Origin: an uncultured Acidobacteriaceae bacterium
GTDB lineage: Bacteria; Acidobacteriota; Terriglobia; Terriglobales; Acidobacteriaceae
DNA: 64,000 nt
Assembly: GCA_963708225.1 (NCBI GenBank)
Contig: OY970199.1
Location: 3,724,689-3,788,688, forward strand
Direction of reading: 5' to 3'
In this document: one piece after another, positions 1-9,541 of the stretch
How the letters are laid out: every line of letters begins with the position of its first letter
How positions within the stretch are numbered: position 1 is the first letter of the stretch
Position numbers and translations under genes: made by a program
The notes under the pieces: model-generated
What the model was told of the DNA's origin: nothing
The model's input: only the letters and a program-made list of their open reading frames with translations
The model's database searches: none

Positions 1-1
1 C

Positions 2-592
2 GCGCGAACTCTCAACTGGGTCGGACTGCATCCGAGACTGCATCATCTGGGCGCGATTTCGAAAATGATGTATTCGACGCGGGATGTAGGTCCAGCAGGG
101 ATAAGCCGTTTGGTAGCTATGCCGCATTTGTTTAAGCGTTTTCCCCGGAGTTTCCAGGATCGCACGGCTTACCGCGCAATCCGACCAGCGGGTGCGAGCT
201 GGCTTCAGTCGCGAATTGCCGGAGTGCCGATCACATTGGGGCGCAAGGTGGTCTCTGCGGCTGTAGCAGGCAGCCAGCTTCGTCTTCGGCTAGACGACGG
301 GATGGAGCGTCTCGCCGATCATGTGCTTCTCGCAACGGGATTCCGAGTCGACGTTTCGCGTTATCCGTTCCTGTCGCCGTCATTGCTGAAACAATTGGAC
401 ACAGTGACTGGTTTTCCCATCCTCAATCGGGGGTTGGAGTCTTCGATCCCGGGATTGCATTTTCTCGGCAAACCAGCCGCGTGGAGTTTCGGGCCGCTGC
501 TTGGTTTTGTTTCGGGAGCGGAGTTCGCCTCACAGGAATTGGCCCGCTCGATCACTCGGGACGGAAGCGCCCGAAACAATGGAAACAACTGA
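2..592 (+). CDS. NAD(P)/FAD-dependent oxidoreductase (class-B flavoprotein monooxygenase-like), C-terminal fragment; the 5' end lies outside the window
   Basis: The frame is open from the window edge to TGA at 590-592. The C-terminus 'LLATGFRVDVSRYPFL...IPGLHFLGKPAAWSFGPLLGF' is colinear with the C-terminus of the complete paralogue at 4073-5308 ('IIAATGYKVDLERLNFL...VPGIYFAGLAAASSFGPVMRF'). Confidence 0.7.
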   Translation, partial: ARTLNWVGLHPRLHHLGAISKMMYSTRDVGPAGISRLVAMPHLFKRFPRSFQDRTAYRAIRPAGASWLQSRIAGVPITLGRKVVSAAVAGSQLRLRLDDGMERLADHVLLATGFRVDVSRYPFLSPSLLKQLDTVTGFPILNRGLESSIPGLHFLGKPAAWSFGPLLGFVSGAEFASQELARSITRDGSARNNGNN

Positions 593-1811
593 CACCACCT
601 TAGCCCAGGCCGCCACAGAGCCCGTCCTCGTGGGCTCAGGGCGGAACATTGCCGGGGCGGTTGTGATCGGCGGTGATTATCAGGGGTTAGGCATCGTTCG
701 CAGCCTCGGCCAGCAGGGGATTCCTGTCTGCGTGGTGGACGATGAGCATTCAATTTCCCGATACTCGCGATATTGCGGATCATTTGTTAGCGTGGCGAGC
801 TTACGCGATCAGCGTAGTGTCGTAGATAACCTCTTCAAGATTGGGAAGCGTCTTGGACTGGATGGCTGGGTTCTTTACCCGACGCGGGAAGAGATCGTTG
901 CGGCCATATCGCACCATCGGCAAGAGCTTAGCCAGGTATTCCGAGTTCCTACACCCGATTGGGAAACCGTGAAGTGGGCTTGGGACAAAAGGAACACGTA
1001 TCGGATGGCGAAGGAACTTGGGATTCCGACCCCGGTGACACACTATCCCGCGGCGATTGAACAGCTAGCTGAACTAGATGCCTGCAAACCGCCATTCGCG
1101 CTCAAGCCTGCAATCAAGGAGAATTTTTTCTATGCCACCAAAGCCAAAGCATGGCGTGCAAACAGTCACTCTGAGTTAAGAACGTTGTATCAAAAAGCGT
1201 CTGCGCTCGCCGGCGATGGCCAGATCATGGTGCAGGAGTTGATTCCCGGCGGCGGCACCCAGCAATTCTCCTATTGCGCATTCTTTCGCGGCGGAGAAGC
1301 GGTGGGGAAGATGGTGGTGCGGCGCAGGCGGCAACATCCGCTGGAGTTCGGACGAGCCAGTACCTTTGTCGAGACGGTGGACGTGCCGGTTCTGGAGGAG
1401 TTATCCGAACGCTTTTTGCGTGCGATAGATTACTATGGCCTGGTCGAACTGGAATATAAACTGGATGCGCGTGATTCGCAGTACAAGCTCCTTGATGTCA
1501 ATGCCAGGACGTGGGGCTATCACAGTCTGGGGGCCGGGGCTGGCGTCGACTTCAGTTACATGCTTTACCGGGATCAGGTTGGTTTGCCGGTCGCGGTAAG
1601 TAAAGGTCGTCCCGGAATATCCTGGGTCCGGACGACTACTGATATTCCAGCGGCCATGCTGGCTATTCTCGGCGGCGAGACTACCTGGCAGAGCTATCTC
1701 AGTTCGATAAGAAACTGCAATGTGGAAGCGGTGTTCAGCTCGAAAGATCCCCTCCCTGGCTTGGCCGAAGTGGCCCTCATCCCGTATTTGGCGATTAAGC
1801 GGGGTTTTTGA
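579..1811 (+). CDS. ATP-grasp domain protein (COG3919-like carboxylate-amine ligase)
   Basis: The ORF in the track spans 501-1811. The best start is ATG 579 (METTD...), which overlaps the upstream stop by 14 nt. An N-terminal 'AVVIGGDYQGLGIVRSLGQQGIPV' pre-ATP-grasp segment is followed by 'FALKPA', 'MVQELIPGG' and 'ELEYKLD...LLDVNAR', the usual ATP-grasp layout. Confidence 0.8.
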   Translation: METTDTTLAQAATEPVLVGSGRNIAGAVVIGGDYQGLGIVRSLGQQGIPVCVVDDEHSISRYSRYCGSFVSVASLRDQRSVVDNLFKIGKRLGLDGWVLYPTREEIVAAISHHRQELSQVFRVPTPDWETVKWAWDKRNTYRMAKELGIPTPVTHYPAAIEQLAELDACKPPFALKPAIKENFFYATKAKAWRANSHSELRTLYQKASALAGDGQIMVQELIPGGGTQQFSYCAFFRGGEAVGKMVVRRRRQHPLEFGRASTFVETVDVPVLEELSERFLRAIDYYGLVELEYKLDARDSQYKLLDVNARTWGYHSLGAGAGVDFSYMLYRDQVGLPVAVSKGRPGISWVRTTTDIPAAMLAILGGETTWQSYLSSIRNCNVEAVFSSKDPLPGLAEVALIPYLAIKRGF

Positions 1812-1881
1812 TTGTCCGGAAATGGCTTCCTCTTCGATCTTCAGTGCGAACTATAGTGCGACCTAGCGTGAGAATCTGTAA

Positions 1882-3030
1882 GTGAAATTCTTGCCGGACG
1901 ATAAATTCAAGATCCAATCAATACTTTTGCTGGCAATTTGCGTCTGCGTTCTAGGGGGAATCCTGGTTGCGGGACTGTGGCCCTTCCACGCTCCCAAAAA
2001 CGAAGTCAGTTGGCTGCCTGAGGGAAACGGGGTTTTGTTCGGCAAGCACGGCAGTATTGTTAGTGCCGATCTCATCAAAGCAAGTGGGTTGCGCGCTGAA
2101 AAATCTTGCAGCCTCGAAATTTGGTTGCAGCCGAAACGGCTCGACTCTGCCGGCACCATTCTCTCTTTTTATTCACCGACCAGCGAAACCGCGTCTTTTT
2201 CATTAGGGCAATGGCGGGGCGGCTTAGTGTTAGAAGGAGCTAGCCGAGGGAAGTCAGCAAGGGGCAGCCGAATCTATGTTCCCGATGTTTTTCGCGGTCT
2301 CAAGCCAGTCATGGTTACGCTGAGTTTTGCTGAAACAGGCGCTTCCGTCTATGCGGATGCGAAGTTGCTCAAGCGAGTTCCAAACTTTATCGTCACAGGT
2401 CAGGATCTGACCGGTCAGTTGGTAATCGGCAGCAATTCGTCCGCGACGTTTAACTGGTCTGGACAGGTGAAAGGACTCGCCATCTACGATCACGATCTGT
2501 CGACGAGTCAAGTATCACAAAACTTTTCAGACTGGATGATAGGCGGTCAGCCAACTCCGGTTGGCAACGATGGCGTGGTTGGCCGCTATCTTTTCAGCGA
2601 AGGGCAGGGAAGTGTCGTTCACAACCAAGTGGATTCAGGCACCAGCCTTCTTATTCCCGAGCGCTTCTTTGCCGTCGATAAAATATTTCTGGAACGGCCA
2701 TGGGATGAGTACCAGAATGGCTGGCATTACTGGAAGGATGTCGCGGTCAATGTCGCCGGGTTCATTCCACTGGGATTCTTCTTTTGCGCGTACTTCGCGA
2801 CGGCTCTGAAGATCAAGCACGCGACCTGGATCACCGTTATTCTGGGTTTTGCTGTTAGCCTGACGATCGAGGTGTCACAGGCCTTTCTACCGACACGGGA
2901 TTCAGGTATGACCGACATCATCACCAATACTCTCGGAACTAGCTTCGGGACGATGTTATGGGCCTATTTATCCAGCCGCGGCTCGTCCACAATTATGATT
3001 CGCCCATTCCGGAGCAAGGGCAATGACTGA
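1882..3030 (+). CDS. Membrane protein with an N-terminal TM helix, a LamG-like (concanavalin-type) domain and a C-terminal VanZ-like domain
   Basis: GTG start. TM segment 'ILLLAICVCVLGGILVAGLW'. The central region 'SLEIWLQP...GTILSFY...WSGQVKGLAIYDHDLSTSQV' resembles a Laminin_G_3 jelly-roll. The C-terminal 'AGFIPLGFFF...LTIEVSQAFLPTRDSGMTDIITNTLG' is VanZ-like. The stop overlaps the next start (ATGACTGA, 3023-3030). Confidence 0.7.
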   Translation: MKFLPDDKFKIQSILLLAICVCVLGGILVAGLWPFHAPKNEVSWLPEGNGVLFGKHGSIVSADLIKASGLRAEKSCSLEIWLQPKRLDSAGTILSFYSPTSETASFSLGQWRGGLVLEGASRGKSARGSRIYVPDVFRGLKPVMVTLSFAETGASVYADAKLLKRVPNFIVTGQDLTGQLVIGSNSSATFNWSGQVKGLAIYDHDLSTSQVSQNFSDWMIGGQPTPVGNDGVVGRYLFSEGQGSVVHNQVDSGTSLLIPERFFAVDKIFLERPWDEYQNGWHYWKDVAVNVAGFIPLGFFFCAYFATALKIKHATWITVILGFAVSLTIEVSQAFLPTRDSGMTDIITNTLGTSFGTMLWAYLSSRGSSTIMIRPFRSKGND

Positions 3031-3874
3031 GCAAAATCTCACGGTTCGTGGCGTGTCCGATACCGCTCGCTGGGTCGCATATTTTCGCGCGCTCGAAACC
3101 CAGCGTCCCGACGCTTTGTTTCGCGATCCTTACGCCGAGCGGCTGGCTGGAGAACACGGTTTCCATATCGCGAACACGCTCGCTGCCGGCAACAAGCACG
3201 AGTGGGCGTGGGTCGCGCGTACTTACCTTTTCGATCAGTTTATTGCTCGTGCAATCGCGGAAGGCGCGGACATGGTGGTTAATCTTGCCGCCGGGCTCGA
3301 CGCTCGGCCCTATCGGATGGATCTACCGACCACTCTGCAATGGGTTGAAGTGGATTTCCCCGAGATTGTCGCTTACAAGGAAGATATTCTTGCCAGCGAG
3401 ATACCTCGATGCCGGCTGGAGCGAGTGTCGCTCGACTTGTCGGAAGTCGCGGAGCGCCGCCAGCTTTTCTCACAACTCAACGACAAGGCAACAAAAGTCG
3501 TCGTAGCCAGCGAGGGACTGCTCATCTATTTCACGCCTGAAGATGTTGCCGCACTCGCTAAGGATCTGGCCGCCGAAGAGCACTTCAAGAGCTGGATTAT
3601 CGATCTCGCATCTCCCGGCCAACTCCGATTGATGCAACGGACGACGGGAAAGCAACTCAGCGAGGCTGGAGCCGCTTTCAAATTTGGTCCTTCCGAAGGT
3701 GTGGACTTCTTCGTCCCATACGGTTGGGCAGCCAAGGATGTCCAGGGAATGTTAAAAACTGCGGCACAATTCAACCGCGCTCCCGTCGAGTTGCTTGATT
3801 TGTTGCCGGGACCGAAGGGCAATCCGGGAAATTTTCCCTGGACCGGGGTGTGTCTGCTGGATCGGCGGTCCTGA
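3023..3874 (+). CDS. Class I SAM-dependent methyltransferase (LCM / TIGR00027-type O-methyltransferase family)
   Basis: The N-terminal 'VSDTARWVAYFRALETQRPDALFRDPYAERLAG' and the 'VVNLAAGLDARPYR' SAM-binding motif are typical of leucine-carboxyl-methyltransferase-like enzymes. Translationally coupled to the upstream gene. Confidence 0.8.
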   Translation: MTEQNLTVRGVSDTARWVAYFRALETQRPDALFRDPYAERLAGEHGFHIANTLAAGNKHEWAWVARTYLFDQFIARAIAEGADMVVNLAAGLDARPYRMDLPTTLQWVEVDFPEIVAYKEDILASEIPRCRLERVSLDLSEVAERRQLFSQLNDKATKVVVASEGLLIYFTPEDVAALAKDLAAEEHFKSWIIDLASPGQLRLMQRTTGKQLSEAGAAFKFGPSEGVDFFVPYGWAAKDVQGMLKTAAQFNRAPVELLDLLPGPKGNPGNFPWTGVCLLDRRS

Positions 3875-4072
3875 AAAGGATCGTTTTGTCAGATGCGGCC
3901 CATGCCATTCATTATAGGGCGGTTACGGACGGTCTTGACCAGCCGTGCCAGATCATAGCCCTAGCGCAGGTGATATCATCAATCGAGTCCCCCCTCATTT
4001 GCGGCTGCGCGCTTTGGCCGTTTTTTGCTCCTAACGCGTTCAAAATACGAAAAGGGATTTATCGCGAAAGAT

Positions 4073-5308
4073 ATGACAGAAACTGCGATTATCGGCGCCG
4101 GTCCTTACGGACTTTCCATCGCTGCCCACTTCCGCCATCGTGGCATTCCGTTCCGCGTCTTTGGCCGTCCGATGGACAGTTGGTTGAATCACATGCCCAA
4201 AGGCATGATGTTGAAATCCGATGGCTTTGCGTCGAATATCTACGACCCGGAAGAGGCCTTTACGCTGGGTAAGTTCTGCGCCGAGCGGGGAGTCAAGTAT
4301 TCAGATACTGGAGTTCCGGTCAATCTCGAGACGTTTGGCGCTTACGGACTGGAGTTTCGTGAACGACTGGTTCCCGAACTGGAAGATAAGCAGGTAGTGA
4401 ACATCGAGCGCGCTACGGAGGGATTTCGCGTCCAACTCGACAACGGCGAAACCGTAACCGCGCACCGCGTGGTGTTGGCAGTCGGCATCACCCACTTTGA
4501 ATACGTCCCAACAAAACTCGCGCATCTGCCGCAAGAATTCCTTACTCATAGCTTCCGGCAGCCTAACCCAGCAGTTTTCAAAGGACGGAACGTGGTTGTG
4601 ATCGGGGGCGGATCGTCGGCTATTGACATGGCGGCTTTGCTGCACGAAGTGGGTGCCGAGGTTAAGTTGGTTGCTCGCCGGCCGGTATTGAAGTTTCACA
4701 GCACCCCGACCGGCAAGCCGCGTTCGCTATGGCAACAGGTTCGACATCCGCAATCCGGGCTGGGTCCGGGACTCCGATCGCGCTTCTTTTCCGATGCGCC
4801 GATGCTATTTCACTATTTGCCGGAGAGCTTTCGTCTGGAAATGGTCGAAACAACGCTTGGCCCCTCGGCAGGCTGGTTCGTCAAGGATAAGATGGCGCGA
4901 GTGAATTGCTTACTTGGGCACACGGCCGAGCGCGCCGAGGTTCAAGACGGGAAAGTCCACTTACATCTGCGCGCCGCCGATGGTTCGGAGCGCGAAGTTG
5001 TGACGGAGCACATTATTGCGGCCACTGGATACAAAGTTGATTTAGAAAGATTGAATTTCCTGGATCGTGAAATTCGCTCGCAGATTAATGTGGTTAAGGG
5101 CACGCCTGTGCTCTCGTCGAATCTGCAGTCGTCAGTCCCTGGCATTTATTTCGCGGGGCTTGCCGCCGCCAGCAGTTTCGGTCCGGTAATGCGGTTCGCT
5201 TTCGGAGCGGGATTCGCCGCGCGCCGCATAACTGAGGCCGTGGTAAAAGCGCGGGCACAGAGTCCCGCATCGGTCCCAGTTCGAAGCGTGGCGACCAGCG
5301 CGAAATGA
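4073..5308 (+). CDS. NAD(P)/FAD-dependent oxidoreductase (class-B flavoprotein monooxygenase-like)
   Basis: Start ATG 4073 (MTETAIIGAGPYGLS = GxGxxG FAD motif). A second dinucleotide motif is 'VVVIGGGSSAIDMAALL', followed by 'AATGY' near the C-terminus. Paralogue of the truncated gene at 2-592. Confidence 0.8.
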   Translation: MTETAIIGAGPYGLSIAAHFRHRGIPFRVFGRPMDSWLNHMPKGMMLKSDGFASNIYDPEEAFTLGKFCAERGVKYSDTGVPVNLETFGAYGLEFRERLVPELEDKQVVNIERATEGFRVQLDNGETVTAHRVVLAVGITHFEYVPTKLAHLPQEFLTHSFRQPNPAVFKGRNVVVIGGGSSAIDMAALLHEVGAEVKLVARRPVLKFHSTPTGKPRSLWQQVRHPQSGLGPGLRSRFFSDAPMLFHYLPESFRLEMVETTLGPSAGWFVKDKMARVNCLLGHTAERAEVQDGKVHLHLRAADGSEREVVTEHIIAATGYKVDLERLNFLDREIRSQINVVKGTPVLSSNLQSSVPGIYFAGLAAASSFGPVMRFAFGAGFAARRITEAVVKARAQSPASVPVRSVATSAK

Positions 5309-5342
5309 GGACGGTTAGTCGCCTGGAAAGTATGATGGACGC

Positions 5343-6656
5343 ATGAAGCGGGAAACCATCGCAATTCACGCCGGATACGACGGCGATCCCACGACCAAAG
5401 CCGTGGCCGTCCCCATCTATCAGACTGTAGCGTTCGAGTTTGACAGCGCGGAGCATGGCGCAGCTCTATTTAATCTGGAAGTCGAAGGCAATATCTATAC
5501 CCGAATCGGAAACCCCACAAACACGGTTCTCGAAAAGCGCGTGGCCGCGCTTGAGGGCGGAGTCGACGGGCTCAGCGTCAGCTCTGGCATGGCGGCGATT
5601 GAGTACTCTCTCATCAACATCGCCGAAACCGGGAATAACATTGTCTCGCTACCGCAGTTGTATGGGGCGACTTACACGTTGCTTGCTCATATTTTTCCGA
5701 AGCGGGGAATTGAGGGGCGGTTTGCGGCAACCGATCATCCGGAAGACGTCGAGAAGTTGATCGACGAAAATACGCGCGCCGTTTATTGCGAGAGCGTGGG
5801 CAATCCGGCGGGAAACGTCGCGGATATCGAAGGGTTAGCGCGGGTGGCGCATAAGCACGGAGTGCCGCTGGTGGTGGATAACACGGTGGCCACGCCGATT
5901 CTCTTGCGGCCTATCGAGTATGGCGCCGATATCGTCGTGCACTCCATGACGAAGTTCATCGGCGGCGGTGGTACCAGCCTGGGTGGAATGATTATCGATG
6001 GCGGGAAGTTTCCGTGGCGAAAATATCCAGAAAAGTTCTACATGTTCAACCGGCCGGAGATCGCTTACCACGGAGTGGTTTACGTTGACCACTTCGGGGA
6101 CGCGGCGTATGTTGCGCGATGCCGCACCGTGTGCCAAAGAAATACCGGGGCGACGCTATCCCCGTTTAACGGCTTTTTGTTTTTACAGGGGATTCAGACG
6201 ATGGCCCTGCGGGTTGAGCGCCACGTCGAGAACGCCCGCAAGGTCGCGGAATTTTTGCGCGCGCATCCCATGGTCGAATGGGTGAACTACGTGGGCTTTC
6301 CGGACAATCCGCTGTATCCGATGGCTCACCGATATTTGGGGAACAACTTCTGCTCTCTGTTGACTTTCGGCGTGAAGGGCGGGTACGAGGGTGGGCGGAA
6401 ATGCTTTAACGCTTTCAACCTGTTCAAGCGGATGGTGAACATGGGAGACGCCAAGTCTCTCTCGTGCCATCCGGCATCGACCACGCATCGGCAGTTAACG
6501 CCGGAAGAACAGGCGAAGGTGGGAGTTACTCCGGAGATGATTCGCCTGAGCGTGGGGATCGAGCATATCGACGACATCCTTGAAGATTTGGGTCAAGCGC
6601 TGGACAAGGCCAGAGTGGCTGACAACAGCGGGATTGCGGCAAGTACTGTTAAGTAG
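5343..6656 (+). CDS. metY: O-acetylhomoserine aminocarboxypropyltransferase / sulfhydrylase (PLP-dependent)
   Basis: 'ETIAIHAGYDGDPTTKAVAVPIYQTVAFEFDSAEHGAALFNLEVEGNIYTRIGNPT' and the PLP-lysine motif 'HSMTKFIGGGG' are characteristic of the MetY/Cys-Met PLP family. Confidence 0.9.
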   Translation: MKRETIAIHAGYDGDPTTKAVAVPIYQTVAFEFDSAEHGAALFNLEVEGNIYTRIGNPTNTVLEKRVAALEGGVDGLSVSSGMAAIEYSLINIAETGNNIVSLPQLYGATYTLLAHIFPKRGIEGRFAATDHPEDVEKLIDENTRAVYCESVGNPAGNVADIEGLARVAHKHGVPLVVDNTVATPILLRPIEYGADIVVHSMTKFIGGGGTSLGGMIIDGGKFPWRKYPEKFYMFNRPEIAYHGVVYVDHFGDAAYVARCRTVCQRNTGATLSPFNGFLFLQGIQTMALRVERHVENARKVAEFLRAHPMVEWVNYVGFPDNPLYPMAHRYLGNNFCSLLTFGVKGGYEGGRKCFNAFNLFKRMVNMGDAKSLSCHPASTTHRQLTPEEQAKVGVTPEMIRLSVGIEHIDDILEDLGQALDKARVADNSGIAASTVK

Positions 6657-6665
6657 GGCAATGTT

Positions 6666-7805
6666 ATGCCTTTGATTATTGAAGGTGGCCGCGTTCCAAC
6701 TCGTTGGGCCGAGAGAAACCAGCATCTCTCGGGATCGCCCGAAAGCGATCGCAAAAGCTCGCAGCGCGTCAGCATTGCCTTCATCAACAACATGCCTGAT
6801 GCTGCGCTGGAAGACACCGAAATACAGTTCTTCGAATTGCTTGAATCCGCAAGCGGCGAAATTCCTATCAAGATTGCGCTGTACTCGTTGCCTGGAGTTC
6901 CCAGGGGCGAACGGGCCCAGCAACATCTGAGTAACTTTTATCTTCCTACGGACGAATTGTTCGGCCAGCAGTTTGACGGCATGATCATGACTGGAACCGA
7001 GCCGAAACAACCCAACATGCGGAATGAGCCTTACTGGCCTGCGCTGGCGAACGTTTTGGATTGGGCGGAAAGCAATACCGCTTCAACGATCCTGTCATGC
7101 CTGGCGGCGCACGCCGGCGTTCTGCACAGCGACGGTATCAACCGGCATCCACTGAGTGACAAGCAGTTTGGGGTATTCGCGTTCGACAACTCTAGCGACC
7201 ATGTTTTAACAAACGGTGCCGGGGAACAGATACGATTTCCACATTCCCGTTGGAACGAAGTACAGGCGGAGGCCTTGGCGGCTGCGGGTTACACCGTGCT
7301 GACGCAATCGGCCGAAGGTGGAGCGGATACGTTCATTAAGAAGAAAAGGAAGAGCCTGTTCGTACATTTTCAGGGGCATCCGGAATATGGTGCCGAGACG
7401 TTGCTGAAAGAATACCGCCGAGATATTAAGAGGTTTCTGAGGAAAGAACGCGAGACTTATCCGACGATGCCGAAAGGCTACTTCGACGATGTAGGAGCGA
7501 AACTGGCTACGGAGTTTCGCGATCTGGTATTTTCCCATTCCGCTGGCGATCATTCCTCTGAAGATCATTCTTCTGAAGATCGAGAAGAACTCATGGAAAG
7601 CTTTCCTGACGCTGCTCTTATGAGGACATTGCGGACGCCATGGCAGTCATCTGCCACCGCCATTTATGGCAATTGGCTGCGCTATATCGGGTCGAAAAAG
7701 GCGGACAGCTCGAAATCCTCCGCCGTGGTCGCCGCCAATGAAAATGTCCAGCAAAAGCAAATCGCATTGCCTCGAATTCTCAAGCGAGAAACCAGTCCGA
7801 AGTAG
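6666..7805 (+). CDS. metA: Homoserine O-acyltransferase (MetA family; succinyl versus acetyl not decidable) with a C-terminal extension
   Basis: 'IAFINNMPDAALEDTEIQF', 'NFYLP...FDGMIMTGTEP' and the catalytic-Cys region 'STILSCLAAHA...FPHSRWN...VHFQGHPEY' are colinear with E. coli MetA. The protein is 379 aa versus about 300 aa typical. It starts 9 nt after metY. Confidence 0.85.
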   Translation: MPLIIEGGRVPTRWAERNQHLSGSPESDRKSSQRVSIAFINNMPDAALEDTEIQFFELLESASGEIPIKIALYSLPGVPRGERAQQHLSNFYLPTDELFGQQFDGMIMTGTEPKQPNMRNEPYWPALANVLDWAESNTASTILSCLAAHAGVLHSDGINRHPLSDKQFGVFAFDNSSDHVLTNGAGEQIRFPHSRWNEVQAEALAAAGYTVLTQSAEGGADTFIKKKRKSLFVHFQGHPEYGAETLLKEYRRDIKRFLRKERETYPTMPKGYFDDVGAKLATEFRDLVFSHSAGDHSSEDHSSEDREELMESFPDAALMRTLRTPWQSSATAIYGNWLRYIGSKKADSSKSSAVVAANENVQQKQIALPRILKRETSPK

Positions 7806-7879
7806 TTGCTCCCTGCGATACTGTCCGCCTCCGGCGCATCCCTGCTGCCTGTAAAATCATCCCAACCGAAGTCCGTACC

Positions 7880-9496
7880 GTGGAGCCGTCATACGGTGGC
7901 GGCCTAACCATGCCAGATACTATTTCAGACACACTGAACAAGAACATCGATCAGCTGCTGGCGAATCTTCCGCAGCGTCTGTGCGACGTGATCATGCCAT
8001 GGTTCGAGACCTTGCCGGACCAACCTGCTCTTGTGGAAACATCGGGAGCGTGGACGTACGGTCAGCTCGCTTCGGTGGTTTCCGATACGCAGCGCTGGCT
8101 TCTTGAGTTGGGTGTGCGTCCCGGCGATCGTGTGATGGTGGTGTGCGAGAACTGCCGGGCATTCGTCGCGATTTTGCTGGCCTTGGCAGCGATTGATTCG
8201 TGGCCGGTGCTGGTCAACGCGCGGCTCTCGGCTCGCGAACTCGATGAGATCAGGGATCACTGCGGAGCGCGCCTTGTGATCTACACAACCAGCGTTTCGG
8301 TGCAGGCTCGCGAACACGCCAAGCGGCATGGCGCGGTGATTCAGGAAGCGACTCCAGTTGGTCCAATTGCGGTTGGAACGCTTAACGAGATGGTTAAGCA
8401 AGAGGCTCTCGATGCCGATCCTGCCCAGCGCGTCGCCGCATTGATGTATACGTCCGGCACGACGGGACTTCCCAAGGGCGTCATGCTGACGCACCGGAAT
8501 CTGCTCTTTTGCGCAGCGGTGTCGGCAAGAATTCGTTCCCTAACTCCGGATGACCGGCTCTACGGCGTGTTGCCGATGTCGCACGCGGTTGGGCTTTCGG
8601 TGGTGTTGTTGGGGGCTCTGATCAGTGGTTCCACTTTATATCTAGCCTCGCGTTTCGATCCCGTTGCGGCTCTTGCCACATTGGAGAAAGCGCAATTGAC
8701 AGTGATGCTGGGCGCGCCTTCAATGTTTTCTCTTTTTGCGGACTACGCAAAGATGAAAGGCGTGACTTCGCTCAAGTTTTCCGCGCTGCGCATCATTTCG
8801 TCCTCGGGCGCGCCGCTTCAGCCGGTGCTCAAATCGCAAGTGGAGGCGCTGTTTGGCATGACGCTTTACAACGGATATGGCGTCACCGAATGCTCTCCCA
8901 ATATCGCTCAGGCCGTGGTCGGAGAAAAGCGAACGGATACGTCCGTGGGTAGAATTCTTCCCGGAGTGGAAGTTCAACTGGTAGGGACCGATGAGAAGCC
9001 GGTCGGCGACGGAGAAGTTGGTGAATTATGGGTGCGCGGACCCAACGTCATGAAGGGCTACTATCATGCGCCGGAAGAAACGGATGCGGCCATCAATTCA
9101 GAGGGATGGTTTAATACTCGCGATCTCGCTTGTCTCAAGAACGGATACCTTTTCATCGTCGGCCGAACCAAAGAGTTGATCGTTCGCTTTGGGGAGAATG
9201 TTTATCCGGCGGAGGTGGAAGCCGTCCTCAACGCACATCCCTCGGTGGTGCGCTCCGCAGTTATTGGCAGGACCGTCGATGGAACACAAGGCGGTGAGGA
9301 AGTTGTTGCTTTCGTCCAACTCACGCCTTCCTCGACAACCTCCGAAGCTGATTTAGCGCAACATGCTGCGCAACATCTCGCTCCCTATAAGCGTCCGTCG
9401 AAAATTCTGCTTGTCTCGGCGATGCCGCTGACTCCGACCGGTAAGGTTGTAAAGGGCGAACTCGCCAAGATGCCCGAGTTCGCGCAGAGCCACTAG
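7880..9496 (+). CDS. AMP-dependent synthetase/ligase (acyl-CoA synthetase family)
   Basis: ANL superfamily motifs 'YTSGTTGLPKGVMLTHRN', 'NGYGVTE', 'GWFNTRDL' and 'TPTGKVVK'. The start is uncertain (GTG 7880 or ATG 7910). Confidence 0.85.
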   Translation: MEPSYGGGLTMPDTISDTLNKNIDQLLANLPQRLCDVIMPWFETLPDQPALVETSGAWTYGQLASVVSDTQRWLLELGVRPGDRVMVVCENCRAFVAILLALAAIDSWPVLVNARLSARELDEIRDHCGARLVIYTTSVSVQAREHAKRHGAVIQEATPVGPIAVGTLNEMVKQEALDADPAQRVAALMYTSGTTGLPKGVMLTHRNLLFCAAVSARIRSLTPDDRLYGVLPMSHAVGLSVVLLGALISGSTLYLASRFDPVAALATLEKAQLTVMLGAPSMFSLFADYAKMKGVTSLKFSALRIISSSGAPLQPVLKSQVEALFGMTLYNGYGVTECSPNIAQAVVGEKRTDTSVGRILPGVEVQLVGTDEKPVGDGEVGELWVRGPNVMKGYYHAPEETDAAINSEGWFNTRDLACLKNGYLFIVGRTKELIVRFGENVYPAEVEAVLNAHPSVVRSAVIGRTVDGTQGGEEVVAFVQLTPSSTTSEADLAQHAAQHLAPYKRPSKILLVSAMPLTPTGKVVKGELAKMPEFAQSH

Positions 9497-9541
9497 ATAG
9501 GTATTTCCGGCTGGACGAACTCGACGCGCACCAATTAAGTC

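Noticed and set aside
4002-4026. Possible terminator 'cggctgcgcgctttggccgtttttt' after the methyltransferase gene
   Set aside because: Only a 4-bp stem (CGGC/GCCG) with an 11-nt loop precedes the T-run. That is too weak to call, so the operon may read through.
3850-4272. 140-aa ORF spanning the methyltransferase-flavoenzyme gap
   Set aside because: It overlaps the well-supported flavoenzyme start (GxGxxG at 4073 onward) in another frame and has no motif or SD.
3875-5342. Looked for a SAM or other riboswitch and a leader upstream of metY-metA
   Set aside because: The metY start is only 34 nt after the flavoenzyme stop. In the 198-nt gap at 3875-4072 I could not recognise SAM-I or SAM-II core sequences by eye. 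An Infernal/Rfam scan would be needed to be sure.
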